Below, piece after piece: positions 1 to 9,378 of a stretch of 64,000 bases of DNA. The stretch lies in the NCBI GenBank assembly GCA_965197645.1, contig OZ240219.1, forward strand, positions 1,280,001 to 1,344,000. Direction: 5' to 3'. Positions within the stretch are counted from its first letter, which is position 1. Every line of letters starts with the position of its first letter. Under the pieces are notes generated by a model. That model saw nothing but the letters and a program-made list of their open reading frames with translations, had not been told where the DNA came from and searched no databases. This DNA is from Dehalococcoidia bacterium (GTDB lineage Bacteria; Chloroflexota; Dehalococcoidia; Plut-88900). The position numbers and the translations under genes are program-made.

Positions 1-127
1 CCAAGTCACCGCAACCAGAACCGGAGGTACCGGGTCGTGGGTTGATTAACCGAGCCCAGGCATACCTATAAGGGAAAGAATGCCGCTGGACTTCCTCGTA
101 TTTGAACCGCGCGGGAGCCGCTGAGGC

Positions 128-883
128 TTACCGAAACAGGTCCCGCTCCGGCTCCATGATCAACCCCGCGGCTCCTATGTCGCTGCGGGCGTAGGTGTAC
201 CCCCGGATTACGGCCACGGGGGTCCTCTCCAGCTTGCCGGTCACCAGCTCGGCGGCGGAGGCCAGCTCATCGGCGATGGCCACGGTAGTAACCTTCAGCT
301 CGTGGCCGTAGTCGTCTGACTGGCCCACGTAGTCTCTGACCGGCTCCAGACCCGAAACTCCGATGGCCAAATCGATTATGCCCTGACGCCACGGGCGTCC
401 GATACTGTCCGATATTATGACTGCCAGGCTGACTCCGGAGCCCTTCTCCAGGGTGGCCCGGATCGCTGTTGCCGAGGCGTCCGAGTCCTCGGGCAGCAGG
501 CATACGGCTTCGTCCGCGCCCACGTTGGAGGCATCCACCCCGGCGTTGGCACACACCACGCCCTGCCGGTTTTCGGAGATGATTATCCCCTGGTCCATCT
601 TGACGATTCGGTTGCTCTCTCGAAGCACCGTCTCCACGTGTCGAGGGTCCTTGTCCCACGCTTCGGCGATACGGCACGCCAGGTCCGAGGGCTGTACGTC
701 GGCCAGGAACACGATTCTGCCCTCGGCCTTGGACACGATCTTTTGCTTGACCACAACCACGTCGTCCTGGGCAAGGGTGAGTCCCACCCGGGATGCGGCT
801 TGGAGAATCCTCTCGCCGACGTCATCTCCCTCGGCGATTTCGGGCAGGTTGGACAGCCCCGTTATCTCTATCCGGCTGGCCAT
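128..883 (-). CDS. cofE: Coenzyme F420-0:L-glutamate ligase
   Basis: KIVSKAEG, ANAGVDASN, SDSIGRPWR and ADELASAA motifs; directly downstream of npdG. Confidence 0.92.
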   Translation of the reverse strand: MASRIEITGLSNLPEIAEGDDVGERILQAASRVGLTLAQDDVVVVKQKIVSKAEGRIVFLADVQPSDLACRIAEAWDKDPRHVETVLRESNRIVKMDQGIIISENRQGVVCANAGVDASNVGADEAVCLLPEDSDASATAIRATLEKGSGVSLAVIISDSIGRPWRQGIIDLAIGVSGLEPVRDYVGQSDDYGHELKVTTVAIADELASAAELVTGKLERTPVAVIRGYTYARSDIGAAGLIMEPERDLFR

Positions 884-889
884 GTCCTT

Positions 890-1549
890 CTACACGCCCG
901 TTATCTTGACCGAAGAGTGGGCCTTGTAGATGCGGTTGATGTTCAGCAGCAGGGCGGTGATCTCCTCCACGTATGTTGTGTTGGTCAACCCTCCGCCATC
1001 GACGGCCCGGATGCCTTCAATCTTCTCCGCCAACTCCTTCGTCTTGGCCTTGGCGTCCGCATCGTTCCCGGTGACTATCACGTCGCAGTCCATCTTCTCT
1101 TCCGGGTCCATGAGGGACTCGGCGCTCAGATTCTGGAAAGCCCCGATCACGGTGGCGTTGGGCAGGATGGCCTGCGCCTGTTCAGCGGCGGATCCTTCTT
1201 CGACAGGAACGGCCTTGATTACGCCCTTCCCAAACTTCAACGGCACGACGGTGCTGACGACCATCTTGTCGCCGATCTCCTCCTTGAGGGATTCGAGGGT
1301 GGGGACCTGGGCATCGAAGGGGACGGTCACCAGGATGACGTCTCCTGCTCGCACCGCCTCCTCGTTGACCAGTCCCTGGGGCTTGCCGGCGCCTTTAACG
1401 TCGGGACCGAGCATCGATGCCAGCTTCTCCGCAGCCTCCAGCGCCCGCTCCTCGCGTCGGGAGCCGATGGTGACGTCTTCTCCGGCAAGCAAGAAGCGGA
1501 AGGCGAGTCCCAGTCCCTCCGGTCCGGTCCCACCGATAAATGACAGCAT
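890..1549 (-). CDS. npdG: F420-dependent NADP reductase
   Basis: GGTGPEGLGLA..IGSR Rossmann start, AFQNLSA, DGGGL..VEEIT..LLNIN; SD AGGAGG. Confidence 0.9.
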   Translation of the reverse strand: MLSFIGGTGPEGLGLAFRFLLAGEDVTIGSRREERALEAAEKLASMLGPDVKGAGKPQGLVNEEAVRAGDVILVTVPFDAQVPTLESLKEEIGDKMVVSTVVPLKFGKGVIKAVPVEEGSAAEQAQAILPNATVIGAFQNLSAESLMDPEEKMDCDVIVTGNDADAKAKTKELAEKIEGIRAVDGGGLTNTTYVEEITALLLNINRIYKAHSSVKITGV

Positions 1550-1586
1550 TAGATAGCCTCCTGGTTGAGTTATTGGGCCGGGGCCA

Positions 1587-1595
1587 ATTATAGCA
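1587..1595 (-). promoter_or_regulatory. Extended -10 promoter (TGcTATAAT) for npdG-cofE
   Basis: Consensus on minus strand 38 nt upstream of the start codon. Confidence 0.55.
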
Positions 1596-1794
1596 GAGCG
1601 AACGGCTCAGCCTGTAGTCAAAGCCTTGATAGATCAAGACCTTCTGGACTCGGAGGGCATAATGTAGGAAAGTAGCTCATGTGCCAGTTCTCCCTTCACG
1701 TATCACTCGGCGATGGAAGGGGAACGATTAGCCGGAGCGTCGCAGCTCTCGGTAGCTATGATCCGAAATCGGCCCTTGCTCGAAAGGAAATGAA

Positions 1795-2160
1795 TTGGCG
1801 AACGAAAGAGTAGTGGTAGCCCTGGAAGACAACCTGTTCTTCACCGGCAAGATCGATAACGCGGCCAGCGAGCTGGGATATCAGGTGCTCGTGGCGGGCG
1901 GGCCCTCCAAACTCGCCGAACTGATGAGCCGGCATCGTCCCTCCCTGGTTATCATGGACCTGAGCACGGAGGATATCGACTGGACGAAGACCCTGGGCAA
2001 CTTGAAGTCCGAACACCCGCAGGCGACTCTCCTCGCCTTTGGCCCTCATGTCGAAGAGGAGCTGCTCGAGACGGCATCAAACGCCGGCTGCGACCTGGTG
2101 CTGAGCCAGGGCGAGTTTTCCAGCCAGCTGCCCGATCTGCTCAAGACCTATGGCGGGTAG
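1795..2160 (+). CDS. Atypical single-domain response regulator receiver
   Basis: ALEDNL, LVIMDLS, AFGPHV; CheY-like length; SD AAGGA before TTG. Confidence 0.7.
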   Translation: MANERVVVALEDNLFFTGKIDNAASELGYQVLVAGGPSKLAELMSRHRPSLVIMDLSTEDIDWTKTLGNLKSEHPQATLLAFGPHVEEELLETASNAGCDLVLSQGEFSSQLPDLLKTYGG

Positions 2161-2390
2161 GACACGGGATACCGGCTCGACCACGCCATCTGTTTCTTGG
2201 TCCGCTCTGTTGCCCTGTCCGGCAGTCCGCCGCTGAGCCGGAAACTGGGCCTATTCCACCGAAGTTATGCGCCATTTTTCTCAACGAAGTCCGTATGAAA
2301 TGTGTTATAATCGGGTTCCACCACACTCCTCGTTAGCGGCTAACCGCAGCCGCCGACGCTTAGACCAACTTAGCTCAGAGGAGGGGCTCT

Positions 2391-3065
2391 ATGCCAGCAA
2401 TTACCATACGAGGACAGCTAGGCAGCGGCGTATACCTGATAGCCCCGGAAGTCGCTCGCATCATGGACGTGAGGTACGTTGACCGGCAGGTCCTCAGCGA
2501 GATAGCCAAGCACCTGGAAACGACCGTTGAGGAAGTGGCCGACATCGACCACGTGCCCTGGGGCCTTAGGGAGAGGATAGCCAAGGAGTTGGGCCGGGCC
2601 TTTGAGCAGATCTCGGCCGGTCCGGTAGCTCCCTTCGACCTGGGACCGCACTACGTTCCCACCGGCGAAGTGTTGACCGAAGAGAAGTACATAACCGCGC
2701 TCCAGGCAGTGATACACGACCTGGCGGAAGCCGAGGACGTTGTGCTTATGAGTCGAGGGGCGCAGCTTGTGCTGAAGGACCATCCGGGCTCCCTCCACAT
2801 CTACCTGCATGCTCCCGTCGTAGTCCGAGTTCCCAGGGTGATGGACTACTTCCACGTGGAGGAAGAAGAGGCCAGGAAGCGCATCGAGGAATCGGACAAG
2901 GCCCATATAGCCTTCCTCAAGAAGTACTTCAAGGCCGACGTTGAGGATATGAGCCACTACGACCTGGTGATCAACACCCGCAAGGTCAGCCCCAGGGAGG
3001 CGATCGATATGATCATCTCGCTGGTCAAGAAGACGGACGATGTGGCCGAGCCGGTGAGCACCTAG
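2391..3065 (+). CDS. Cytidylate kinase-like family protein
   Basis: ITIRGQLGSG, VVLMSRGAQ, YDLVINT; SD GAGGAGG. Confidence 0.85.
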   Translation: MPAITIRGQLGSGVYLIAPEVARIMDVRYVDRQVLSEIAKHLETTVEEVADIDHVPWGLRERIAKELGRAFEQISAGPVAPFDLGPHYVPTGEVLTEEKYITALQAVIHDLAEAEDVVLMSRGAQLVLKDHPGSLHIYLHAPVVVRVPRVMDYFHVEEEEARKRIEESDKAHIAFLKKYFKADVEDMSHYDLVINTRKVSPREAIDMIISLVKKTDDVAEPVST

Positions 3066-3089
3066 ACCCTCCCTCGGATCTTTCGCGTA

Positions 3090-3506
3090 TCAGATTGTCC
3101 CGTAGACGTGCTCCGGCACCACGATAATCGCCGAGCGTTGCTGCTCGATCATGGCCTGGTCGTACTCCTCCCAGTCCGGATGCTCTTCATCCGCCGCCAC
3201 CCGGTAAACGTCCCTCAAGGCGAGGCGCAGCTCCTTGGGATCGGTAACGCCCGGCGATAGCAGTTCGGCGTGGCCCTCCAGTACTAGGAAGCCCCACCAG
3301 TCCGATTCAGAGACCAGCAGGCTGCACCGGCGGTCTCGTTTCAGGTTTACCAACTTCGCCAGACCCTCCTGGGTGGTGAAGGCCGCCCCGTCTCGATACA
3401 AGCCGACGGTAACTATGCTCATCTGGGCGGCGCCGTTCTTCCGAAATGTCGTCAGGACGGCGTTGTGGTTTTCGGCCAGGAACTTCTTCATGCCGTCAGT
3501 AAGCAT
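3090..3506 (-). CDS. PPOX-class F420-dependent oxidoreductase
   Basis: AVLTTFRKNG..QMSIV, AKLVNLKRDRRCSL. Confidence 0.8.
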   Translation of the reverse strand: MLTDGMKKFLAENHNAVLTTFRKNGAAQMSIVTVGLYRDGAAFTTQEGLAKLVNLKRDRRCSLLVSESDWWGFLVLEGHAELLSPGVTDPKELRLALRDVYRVAADEEHPDWEEYDQAMIEQQRSAIIVVPEHVYGTI

Positions 3507-3512
3507 CTCTTG

Positions 3513-3902
3513 CTACCCCTGCTCGATATGAGCGATCCCCTCGATCTCGATGAGCCATTCGGGCTTTGCCAGACCGGCGACAACCACCGTCGAGTTACAG
3601 GGCGGGTTGTCTCCGTAGGCTTCCTCCCGGGCTTTGGCCACAGCGGGGTATTGGTTAATGTGGGTGATGAAAGTGACGGTCTTCACCATGTTGGCTATGC
3701 TGCCGCCGTGGGCCCGGCATAGCTTGTCGAGATTGCTGTAAATCTGCTTCAGTTGGGCGTCGGGATCGTTCCCGCCGATGGTGTTCATGTTCTCGTCCAG
3801 GGATACCTGGCCGGATATGTGGACCGTGTTCCCGACTCTGACCGTCGCGCTCAGCCCCGTCAGGTGATATACGGTGTCCGGGTTGACTCGCTGGATAGGC
3901 AT
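3513..3902 (-). CDS. RidA/YjgF family protein
   Basis: ISGQV, PPCNSTVVVAGL, LIEIEGIA. Confidence 0.88.
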   Translation of the reverse strand: MPIQRVNPDTVYHLTGLSATVRVGNTVHISGQVSLDENMNTIGGNDPDAQLKQIYSNLDKLCRAHGGSIANMVKTVTFITHINQYPAVAKAREEAYGDNPPCNSTVVVAGLAKPEWLIEIEGIAHIEQG

Positions 3903-3984
3903 AGCTCGCCTCCTCTACGAATGCATTGAGATTCAGGTACATTATACCTTCATGACCCGCTAGAGAAATCGGCTCCCCATTCAG

Positions 3985-4485
3985 GTGCCGGTCTACCTTG
4001 TGCGATACTCGGCAGGGGACTGGCAGTACCTGATGCTGCGCCGCGTACCCGAAAGGGGAGGCTTCTGGCAGGGCGTCACAGGAGGAGTCGAGGAAGGAGA
4101 GCGGCTCATCGACGCCGCCCGGCGTGAGGTTATGGAAGAGACTGGCCTACGTCCTAACACGATAATACCCATCGACTACTCTTGCACCTTTCCTCTCGAG
4201 GAGCGGTGGAAGCAGCTCTACGCGGAGGACGTGGACGAGATCGTCGAGCACGTCTTCGTCGCATGCACTGATGGAGCCACCCCCACCCCCTCCGATGAAC
4301 ACGACGCCTGGAGACGGTGCGGTGTGGACGAAGCTGTCAGCCTGCCCGACTGGGAACAAACTATCGAGGCCCTGACCAGGTGCCACCGTCTTCTACAAAC
4401 GCAGATGTTAGTCGAGTGGTGGACCTCTAGCGAAAGGCGCCGATCACTTCCTGGGCGGCCTGGTAATCTCGCCCGCCACCCTTGA
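3985..4485 (+). CDS. NUDIX hydrolase (NudB-like), possibly decaying
   Basis: WQGVTGGVEEGE..AARREVMEETG Nudix box; upstream ATG 3952 is interrupted by an in-frame TAG. Confidence 0.75.
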   Translation: MPVYLVRYSAGDWQYLMLRRVPERGGFWQGVTGGVEEGERLIDAARREVMEETGLRPNTIIPIDYSCTFPLEERWKQLYAEDVDEIVEHVFVACTDGATPTPSDEHDAWRRCGVDEAVSLPDWEQTIEALTRCHRLLQTQMLVEWWTSSERRRSLPGRPGNLARHP

Positions 4486-5275
4486 CTATCGGCGGCACTA
4501 GGTAGAAGGTGTCCAGCCCCGCTCCATGCAGGTCCTCGATCACTTCCACGGCGATCTTGACGCCCGTTTTGCCTTTTGCCAGATCGTTTCTTACTCTCCG
4601 GGGTACGTTGGCGAAGACCACGCCGTCCTTGACGAGCACCTGGACCCCGAAAAAGACCGGGACTTCGTCGGACCCCAGCGAGCTGGCGAACTTCAGGGCA
4701 GTATCCGGATCGAACACCGGCTGTGTAACGAGAAAGTCCACCCCCGCCTCCACCTTCTTCCTGGCGAGTCTCACCTCCCTATCGAGGCCCTTGCCCAGGT
4801 CTATCCCCGCCCCGACGCAAAGATCTACCGAGTTGTCCAGCGTCCGCCCCCTGAAGTCCAGGCCCTCGTTCATCGACTTTATCGAAGCGATCAGATCGGT
4901 GGGAGTAAACTTGGCCGATGGGCTCAGCTGCAGAGGCTCTGTTTCGGGGAAAGGGTCGCCTTCCAGCACGAGCACATTCTCCAGGCCGAGGGCGGCGGCT
5001 CCCAGCAGATGGGTCTGCATGGCGAGCTTGTTCATGTCCCTGCAGGCGACGTTGAAGACCACATCTTTGGACAGACGTTCCTTGATCAGGTGGGCCGTAA
5101 CCACGGAGTCCAGCCTGACGGACCGGCCCGGGCCGTACGCCACGCAGATAAATTCGGCGTCCAGGCCGCGCGCCGCATCCAGCTTTCCGATGTCCGAGCC
5201 GCGCGGAGGCGAGAAATCACAGAGAAACAGGGGCCCGTCTCCTCGGCTGGCCAGCTTTTCGGTTACTTTAGCCAT
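4427..5275 (-). CDS. metF: Methylenetetrahydrofolate reductase family protein
   Basis: DFSPPRG, ACRDMN, NVLVLEGD, KKVEAGVDFLVTQPVFD. Confidence 0.75.
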   Translation of the reverse strand: MAKVTEKLASRGDGPLFLCDFSPPRGSDIGKLDAARGLDAEFICVAYGPGRSVRLDSVVTAHLIKERLSKDVVFNVACRDMNKLAMQTHLLGAAALGLENVLVLEGDPFPETEPLQLSPSAKFTPTDLIASIKSMNEGLDFRGRTLDNSVDLCVGAGIDLGKGLDREVRLARKKVEAGVDFLVTQPVFDPDTALKFASSLGSDEVPVFFGVQVLVKDGVVFANVPRRVRNDLAKGKTGVKIAVEVIEDLHGAGLDTFYLVPPIVKGGGRDYQAAQEVIGAFR

Positions 5276-5354
5276 GAACGGAAACTCACTTCATTCCACG
5301 TCATCGCCACGAAGTCGGCCCGCAGAAGCTGGTCTCAAATCCCCGCATTCCAGA

Positions 5355-5493
5355 AGTTCAGGGGGTTTCCCTCTGGCAGGGGGTCCGGGGGACGTGCCCC
5401 CGGCCACAAAGCGTCCCAGGGCGGGTGGAAGACAAACCCGGGACAGGGGCGCCTCCGGAATGCAATACGGGTTGGGAGGGAGGGAAAACCACC
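5355..5493 (-). repeat. Dispersed palindromic (REP-like) element, copy of the 18238 family
   Basis: Reverse complement GGGGGCACGTCCCCC..CCCCCTGCCAGAGGGAA, plus GGGCGGGTGG/GGGAGGGAAAACC module. Confidence 0.75.
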
Positions 5494-5519
5494 TCGGTGG
5501 GCGGTGACAATCTCAGCCG

Positions 5520-6365
5520 CTACCGCAGATTCTTGAGCCGCTCGGCGGCCTCGGCCCGGTCACGTTCCTCTTCCTTGGCCGCCCACGTGAAGAAGATGAT
5601 GCCGGCGGCTGCGACCAGTATCATAAACCCGGGCAGCTTCATCATGACCCCGCCGATCTGCTGGTCCGCCGCAGCGGAGATTCCCCAAAGCCTGGGCGCC
5701 TGTTCATAGGTGGCGTACAGCACATCGTTCGAGAAGGTGATGAGACCGCCGATGATGGCCGGGGGCATGGAGAGAAGGAACAGATAGAGCACCTGTCCCC
5801 CGTAGGGCAATCGAGGCAACTCCGGCAGGGGGCTCAGCACCGGCCACCACATCAACACCCCGGCGGCCATGAACACCAGGTGCTGAATGATGTGGACGAT
5901 CAGGTGATTGAGGCCGGCTTCGTAGATAGCCGGCACATGCCAGATGGCGAAGACTCCGTTGAAGATCAGAAAGGCGGCAACGGGATGCGTGAGCACCTTG
6001 GCTACGGAGAAGACCGTGGTCGACCGGAGAATCGGTCGGATCAACCATCCCGGTGTGCCCATGAGCAGCAGGGGCGGCACTACCAGCGTAAGGATGAGGT
6101 GCTGCACCATGTGGGCGCTGAACAGAAACTCGTCGCTCAGCAAGTCCAACGGCGAGTGAAGGGCGAAGAATATGGCCCAGACCCCCAGGGTGAAGGAGAT
6201 GATCCTCTTCGAGTCCACCTCCTCGGCCCAGCCGTAACGCTGGCGGAGAGGTATTACAGCAAGTAGGTAAGCGGCTTCCAGCAGTACCACCCCGACGACT
6301 ACGCTGGGGTCTCCGCTCCAGTCAGTCCAGGAAAACTCCGGGGTGTGCCCTCCGTGGGCTAGCAC
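5520..6365 (-). CDS. ctaG: Cytochrome c oxidase assembly factor (Caa3_CtaG)
   Basis: SPLD..FSAHMVQH, WHVP..Y, DQQIGG..M. Confidence 0.9.
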   Translation of the reverse strand: MLAHGGHTPEFSWTDWSGDPSVVVGVVLLEAAYLLAVIPLRQRYGWAEEVDSKRIISFTLGVWAIFFALHSPLDLLSDEFLFSAHMVQHLILTLVVPPLLLMGTPGWLIRPILRSTTVFSVAKVLTHPVAAFLIFNGVFAIWHVPAIYEAGLNHLIVHIIQHLVFMAAGVLMWWPVLSPLPELPRLPYGGQVLYLFLLSMPPAIIGGLITFSNDVLYATYEQAPRLWGISAAADQQIGGVMMKLPGFMILVAAAGIIFFTWAAKEEERDRAEAAERLKNLR

Positions 6366-6416
6366 TATGGGCTACCAATCCAGCGACTGTACGATTTGAG
6401 CTGCTGAGCGCCGGGG

Positions 6417-6722
6417 CTAATCGGAGAACATTCGGAACAGGCCCAGCAGAGCGATCGCCACTATCACCGCCAACACGAAGCCGGCTACGAAGAACCGGGT
6501 GAAGATCTTGGCATCGAACTTCAGGTGCATGTAGAAGAGGACGACTATGGCGAACTTGACCGCGGAGAGTATCAGGAAGATGGCCAGAAACGCCGGTTCC
6601 AGGACGTCGATGTAGAAGACCGCCACTTCTACGGCCGTGATTACAGCCAGGATCACCGCTACCTTGATGTAAGTTAGCGGAGTGGGGTGGGCGGCTTCAG
6701 TTGGTGTGCTCTGCTGCTCCAT
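6417..6722 (-). CDS. ctaF: Cytochrome c oxidase subunit IV
   Basis: LAVITAVEV, KFAIVVLFYMHLKFD; position in operon. Confidence 0.85.
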   Translation of the reverse strand: MEQQSTPTEAAHPTPLTYIKVAVILAVITAVEVAVFYIDVLEPAFLAIFLILSAVKFAIVVLFYMHLKFDAKIFTRFFVAGFVLAVIVAIALLGLFRMFSD

Positions 6723-6758
6723 CTACAGTCCCTTTGGTCAGATGGCCCTTTCCTTTGG

Positions 6759-7433
6759 TCAGACGGTTGGTAGTGCTGCCGCTATGCCCTCGGAGAGCAT
6801 GGCGACCTCATGCCCTAACTCGGGGCCGTCCTCCCCTCCAACCAGGTATATCAGGGTGAAGATGACGATCCAAACGATGTCTACGAAGTGCCAGTAGAGG
6901 CCCGCAAGTTCCACTCGGAGGCTGTGCTCCTGCTTGAGATTGCCCTGCAGCGATTGCCCGAACAGCGAGACCAGCCATATCACCCCCACCGTCACGTGGG
7001 CTCCGTGAAAGCCGGTAAGCACGAAGAAGGTGGTCCCGAACAGGTTGGTCCTGGGGGTAAGCCCATGCAACCAAAACTCCCTGAACTCGAACACCTGGAA
7101 TCCGAGGAAGGTGCTACCCAGCAGGGCGGTGCCCAGGATCCACACCCGGAAGGAGCGTTCATCGCCTTTGGTGATGGCGTTCAGCGTCATTACCATCATG
7201 AAGCTGCTCATGAGCAACACGAAGGTGCTGACCGAGGTGACGGGAACGTCGATGATGTCTTCGGGATAGGGCCCGACGAGGCTCTTGTTCCTGTACACCA
7301 GATAAGTCGAGATCAGCGTGCCGAAGAAGAGGCACTCTGATCCCAGGAAGGCCCACATGACCAGCTTGCGATTGTCCAGGCCGGTGGTGGTCTCCAGCTC
7401 AGGAGAGTGTTCTACGGGGTGAGCCTCCGCCAA
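6759..7433 (-). CDS. ctaE: Cytochrome c oxidase subunit III
   Basis: FLGSECLFF, TGFHGAHV, LYWHFVDIVW. Confidence 0.93.
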   Translation of the reverse strand: MAEAHPVEHSPELETTTGLDNRKLVMWAFLGSECLFFGTLISTYLVYRNKSLVGPYPEDIIDVPVTSVSTFVLLMSSFMMVMTLNAITKGDERSFRVWILGTALLGSTFLGFQVFEFREFWLHGLTPRTNLFGTTFFVLTGFHGAHVTVGVIWLVSLFGQSLQGNLKQEHSLRVELAGLYWHFVDIVWIVIFTLIYLVGGEDGPELGHEVAMLSEGIAAALPTV

Positions 7434-7449
7434 TTGGTACTACTCCTTA

Positions 7450-9315
7450 CTACTCGTGGGATTCCGGTTCTGCGGCCCAGCCATAAAGCCCGATGGCCGT
7501 TATGCTGACGCCTATTGCACTGTACCAGGGATGAATGACGAACAACGCCCCGGCCAGGGCCAGTCCTACTGCCGTTATCAACGGATAGTAGGAGGGGCTG
7601 GGCATGTGAATGTCGTGATGCTCTTCCTCGCCGTAAGCCGCCTCTACGGGTCCGTTGGACGCTTCGATGGGTCCGTTGGAATGTCCCGCCTCCATCTTCG
7701 CGTCCCAGTGGGGCTCCCGGCTGTGCACCGTGGGAATCTCGACGAAGTTGTAGTGAGGCGGAGGCGAGGGTATCGACCACTCCAGGGTTCTTCCGTCCCA
7801 CGGGTCCGCGCCGGCCCTTTCTCCCTTGATCCAGGACCGCAGGAAGTTATGCACGAATATCATGATGGAAACGGCCAAGAGAAACGCCCCCACCGTCTGC
7901 AACAGGTTGTAGGGTTCCCAGCCGGCGTCGGCGGGATAGGTGCCGACTCTTCGAGGCATGCCAACCAGTCCCAGTATATGCATCGGGAAGAAGGTGAGGT
8001 TGGCGGCTATCATCGTCAACCAGAAGTGGGTCTTGCCCAAGGTCTCGCTCATCAGCTTGCCGGTCATCTTGGGGAACCAGTAGTAGATTCCGGCGAATAT
8101 GCCCATGATGCTGCCGCCGAAGAGCACGTAGTGCAGGTGAGCGACGATGTAGTAGGTGTCCTGCTGCTGCAGATCGGACGGCGGGGACGCGTGGGTTATG
8201 CCGCTAAGCCCTCCAAGGATGAACATGGCGATAAAGCCAATCGCGAAAAGCATAGAGCTACTAAGGCGTATGGAGCCTCCCCACATCGTCCCCATCCAAT
8301 TGAATATCTTCACCCCCGTGGGTATGGCGATGAGCATGGTCGTCATGGCGAACACCGAGTTCGCTATCGGGCCGAGTCCCACGGTGAACATGTGGTGACT
8401 CCACACGCCCCAGCCCATGAACCCTATGACGATTCCGGAAAAGATGACGAAGGAGTACCCGAACAGGGGCTTCCGGGAGAAGGTGGGTATCACTTCCGAT
8501 ACGATTCCCATGGCAGGCAGGATCAGGATGTACACCTCGGGGTGACCAAACAGCCAGAACACGTGCTGCCACAGAACAGGGTCTCCGCCGGCCGTCGTGT
8601 CGAAGAAGTTGGTGCCGAAGCTCCGGTCGAACAGTATCTGTATCAGCCCAACTGTGATCACCGGAAACGCCGTCACCAGCAACACCGAGGTTACCAACGT
8701 CATCCACACAAAGGGAGGCATCCTCATCAAACGCATTCCCGGCGCCCTCATGTTCACGATGGTTACCAGGAAGTTGAATGCACCCGCCAGGGAGGATATC
8801 CCCAACACCAGCAAGCCCAGGCTGTAGAAGGTCATGCCGTCGTTGACGGAGAAGGGCTTTTCGGTGAGGTTGGCGTAGGCGAACCATCCCGCGTCCGGAG
8901 AGCCCATCCCGGAGATGAACCCTCCGTTGAGTAGCAGGCCTCCAAACAGGAAGACCCAGTAGCTGAGGGCGTTCAGCCTGGGGAAGGCAACGTCTCGAGC
9001 GCCGATCATCAGGGGCACGACCAAGTTGAAGAAGGCGACGCTCAAGGGCATCACGCCCAGGAAGATCATGCTCAGGGCGTGCATGGTGAAGAGCTGGTTG
9101 AAGGTCTCGGCGTCTACCAGCGTGCTGTCGGCCCGGGCGAGCTGAAGACGAATGATTAGGGCTTCTATCCCCGCGGTGAGGAAGAAGACCAGGGCCGTAA
9201 CCAGGTACAGTATCCCGATCCGCTTGTGATCGACGGTGGTGACCCAGCTCCAAATGGCATCGATCGCCTTTGGTCTGCCTAGGGCACCCTCGACTGTTCT
9301 ATCTACCGTCGCCAC
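7450..9315 (-). CDS. ctaD: Cytochrome c oxidase subunit I (A1 type)
   Basis: DHKRIG, FGHPEVY, WSHHMF, AHLHYV, GMPRR. Confidence 0.97.
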   Translation of the reverse strand: MATVDRTVEGALGRPKAIDAIWSWVTTVDHKRIGILYLVTALVFFLTAGIEALIIRLQLARADSTLVDAETFNQLFTMHALSMIFLGVMPLSVAFFNLVVPLMIGARDVAFPRLNALSYWVFLFGGLLLNGGFISGMGSPDAGWFAYANLTEKPFSVNDGMTFYSLGLLVLGISSLAGAFNFLVTIVNMRAPGMRLMRMPPFVWMTLVTSVLLVTAFPVITVGLIQILFDRSFGTNFFDTTAGGDPVLWQHVFWLFGHPEVYILILPAMGIVSEVIPTFSRKPLFGYSFVIFSGIVIGFMGWGVWSHHMFTVGLGPIANSVFAMTTMLIAIPTGVKIFNWMGTMWGGSIRLSSSMLFAIGFIAMFILGGLSGITHASPPSDLQQQDTYYIVAHLHYVLFGGSIMGIFAGIYYWFPKMTGKLMSETLGKTHFWLTMIAANLTFFPMHILGLVGMPRRVGTYPADAGWEPYNLLQTVGAFLLAVSIMIFVHNFLRSWIKGERAGADPWDGRTLEWSIPSPPPHYNFVEIPTVHSREPHWDAKMEAGHSNGPIEASNGPVEAAYGEEEHHDIHMPSPSYYPLITAVGLALAGALFVIHPWYSAIGVSITAIGLYGWAAEPESHE

Positions 9316-9378
9316 CTGGCTCCTCCTGATTGCTGGTTACCGCGATTATAAGCTTTTTTCGAGTGCCTGCTCAACTGG

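Noticed and set aside
1686-1730. Structured leader or ncRNA before the response regulator
   Set aside because: Only one imperfect stem (GTTCTCCCTTC/GAAGGGGAAC); no recognisable family
3961-3963. Pyrrolysine read-through of the NUDIX TAG
   Set aside because: Non-catalytic position and no pyl genes seen; nonsense mutation is simpler
5276-5360. SAM or folate riboswitch before metF
   Set aside because: No recognisable aptamer consensus; adjacent structure is explained by the repeat family
7456-9253. Long alternative ORFs over ctaD (492 aa +, 330 aa -) and similar shadows at 638-1543, 27594-28823, 30725-31903, 50678-51817
   Set aside because: Antisense or off-frame shadows of well-supported genes, expected in GC-rich DNA; no motifs
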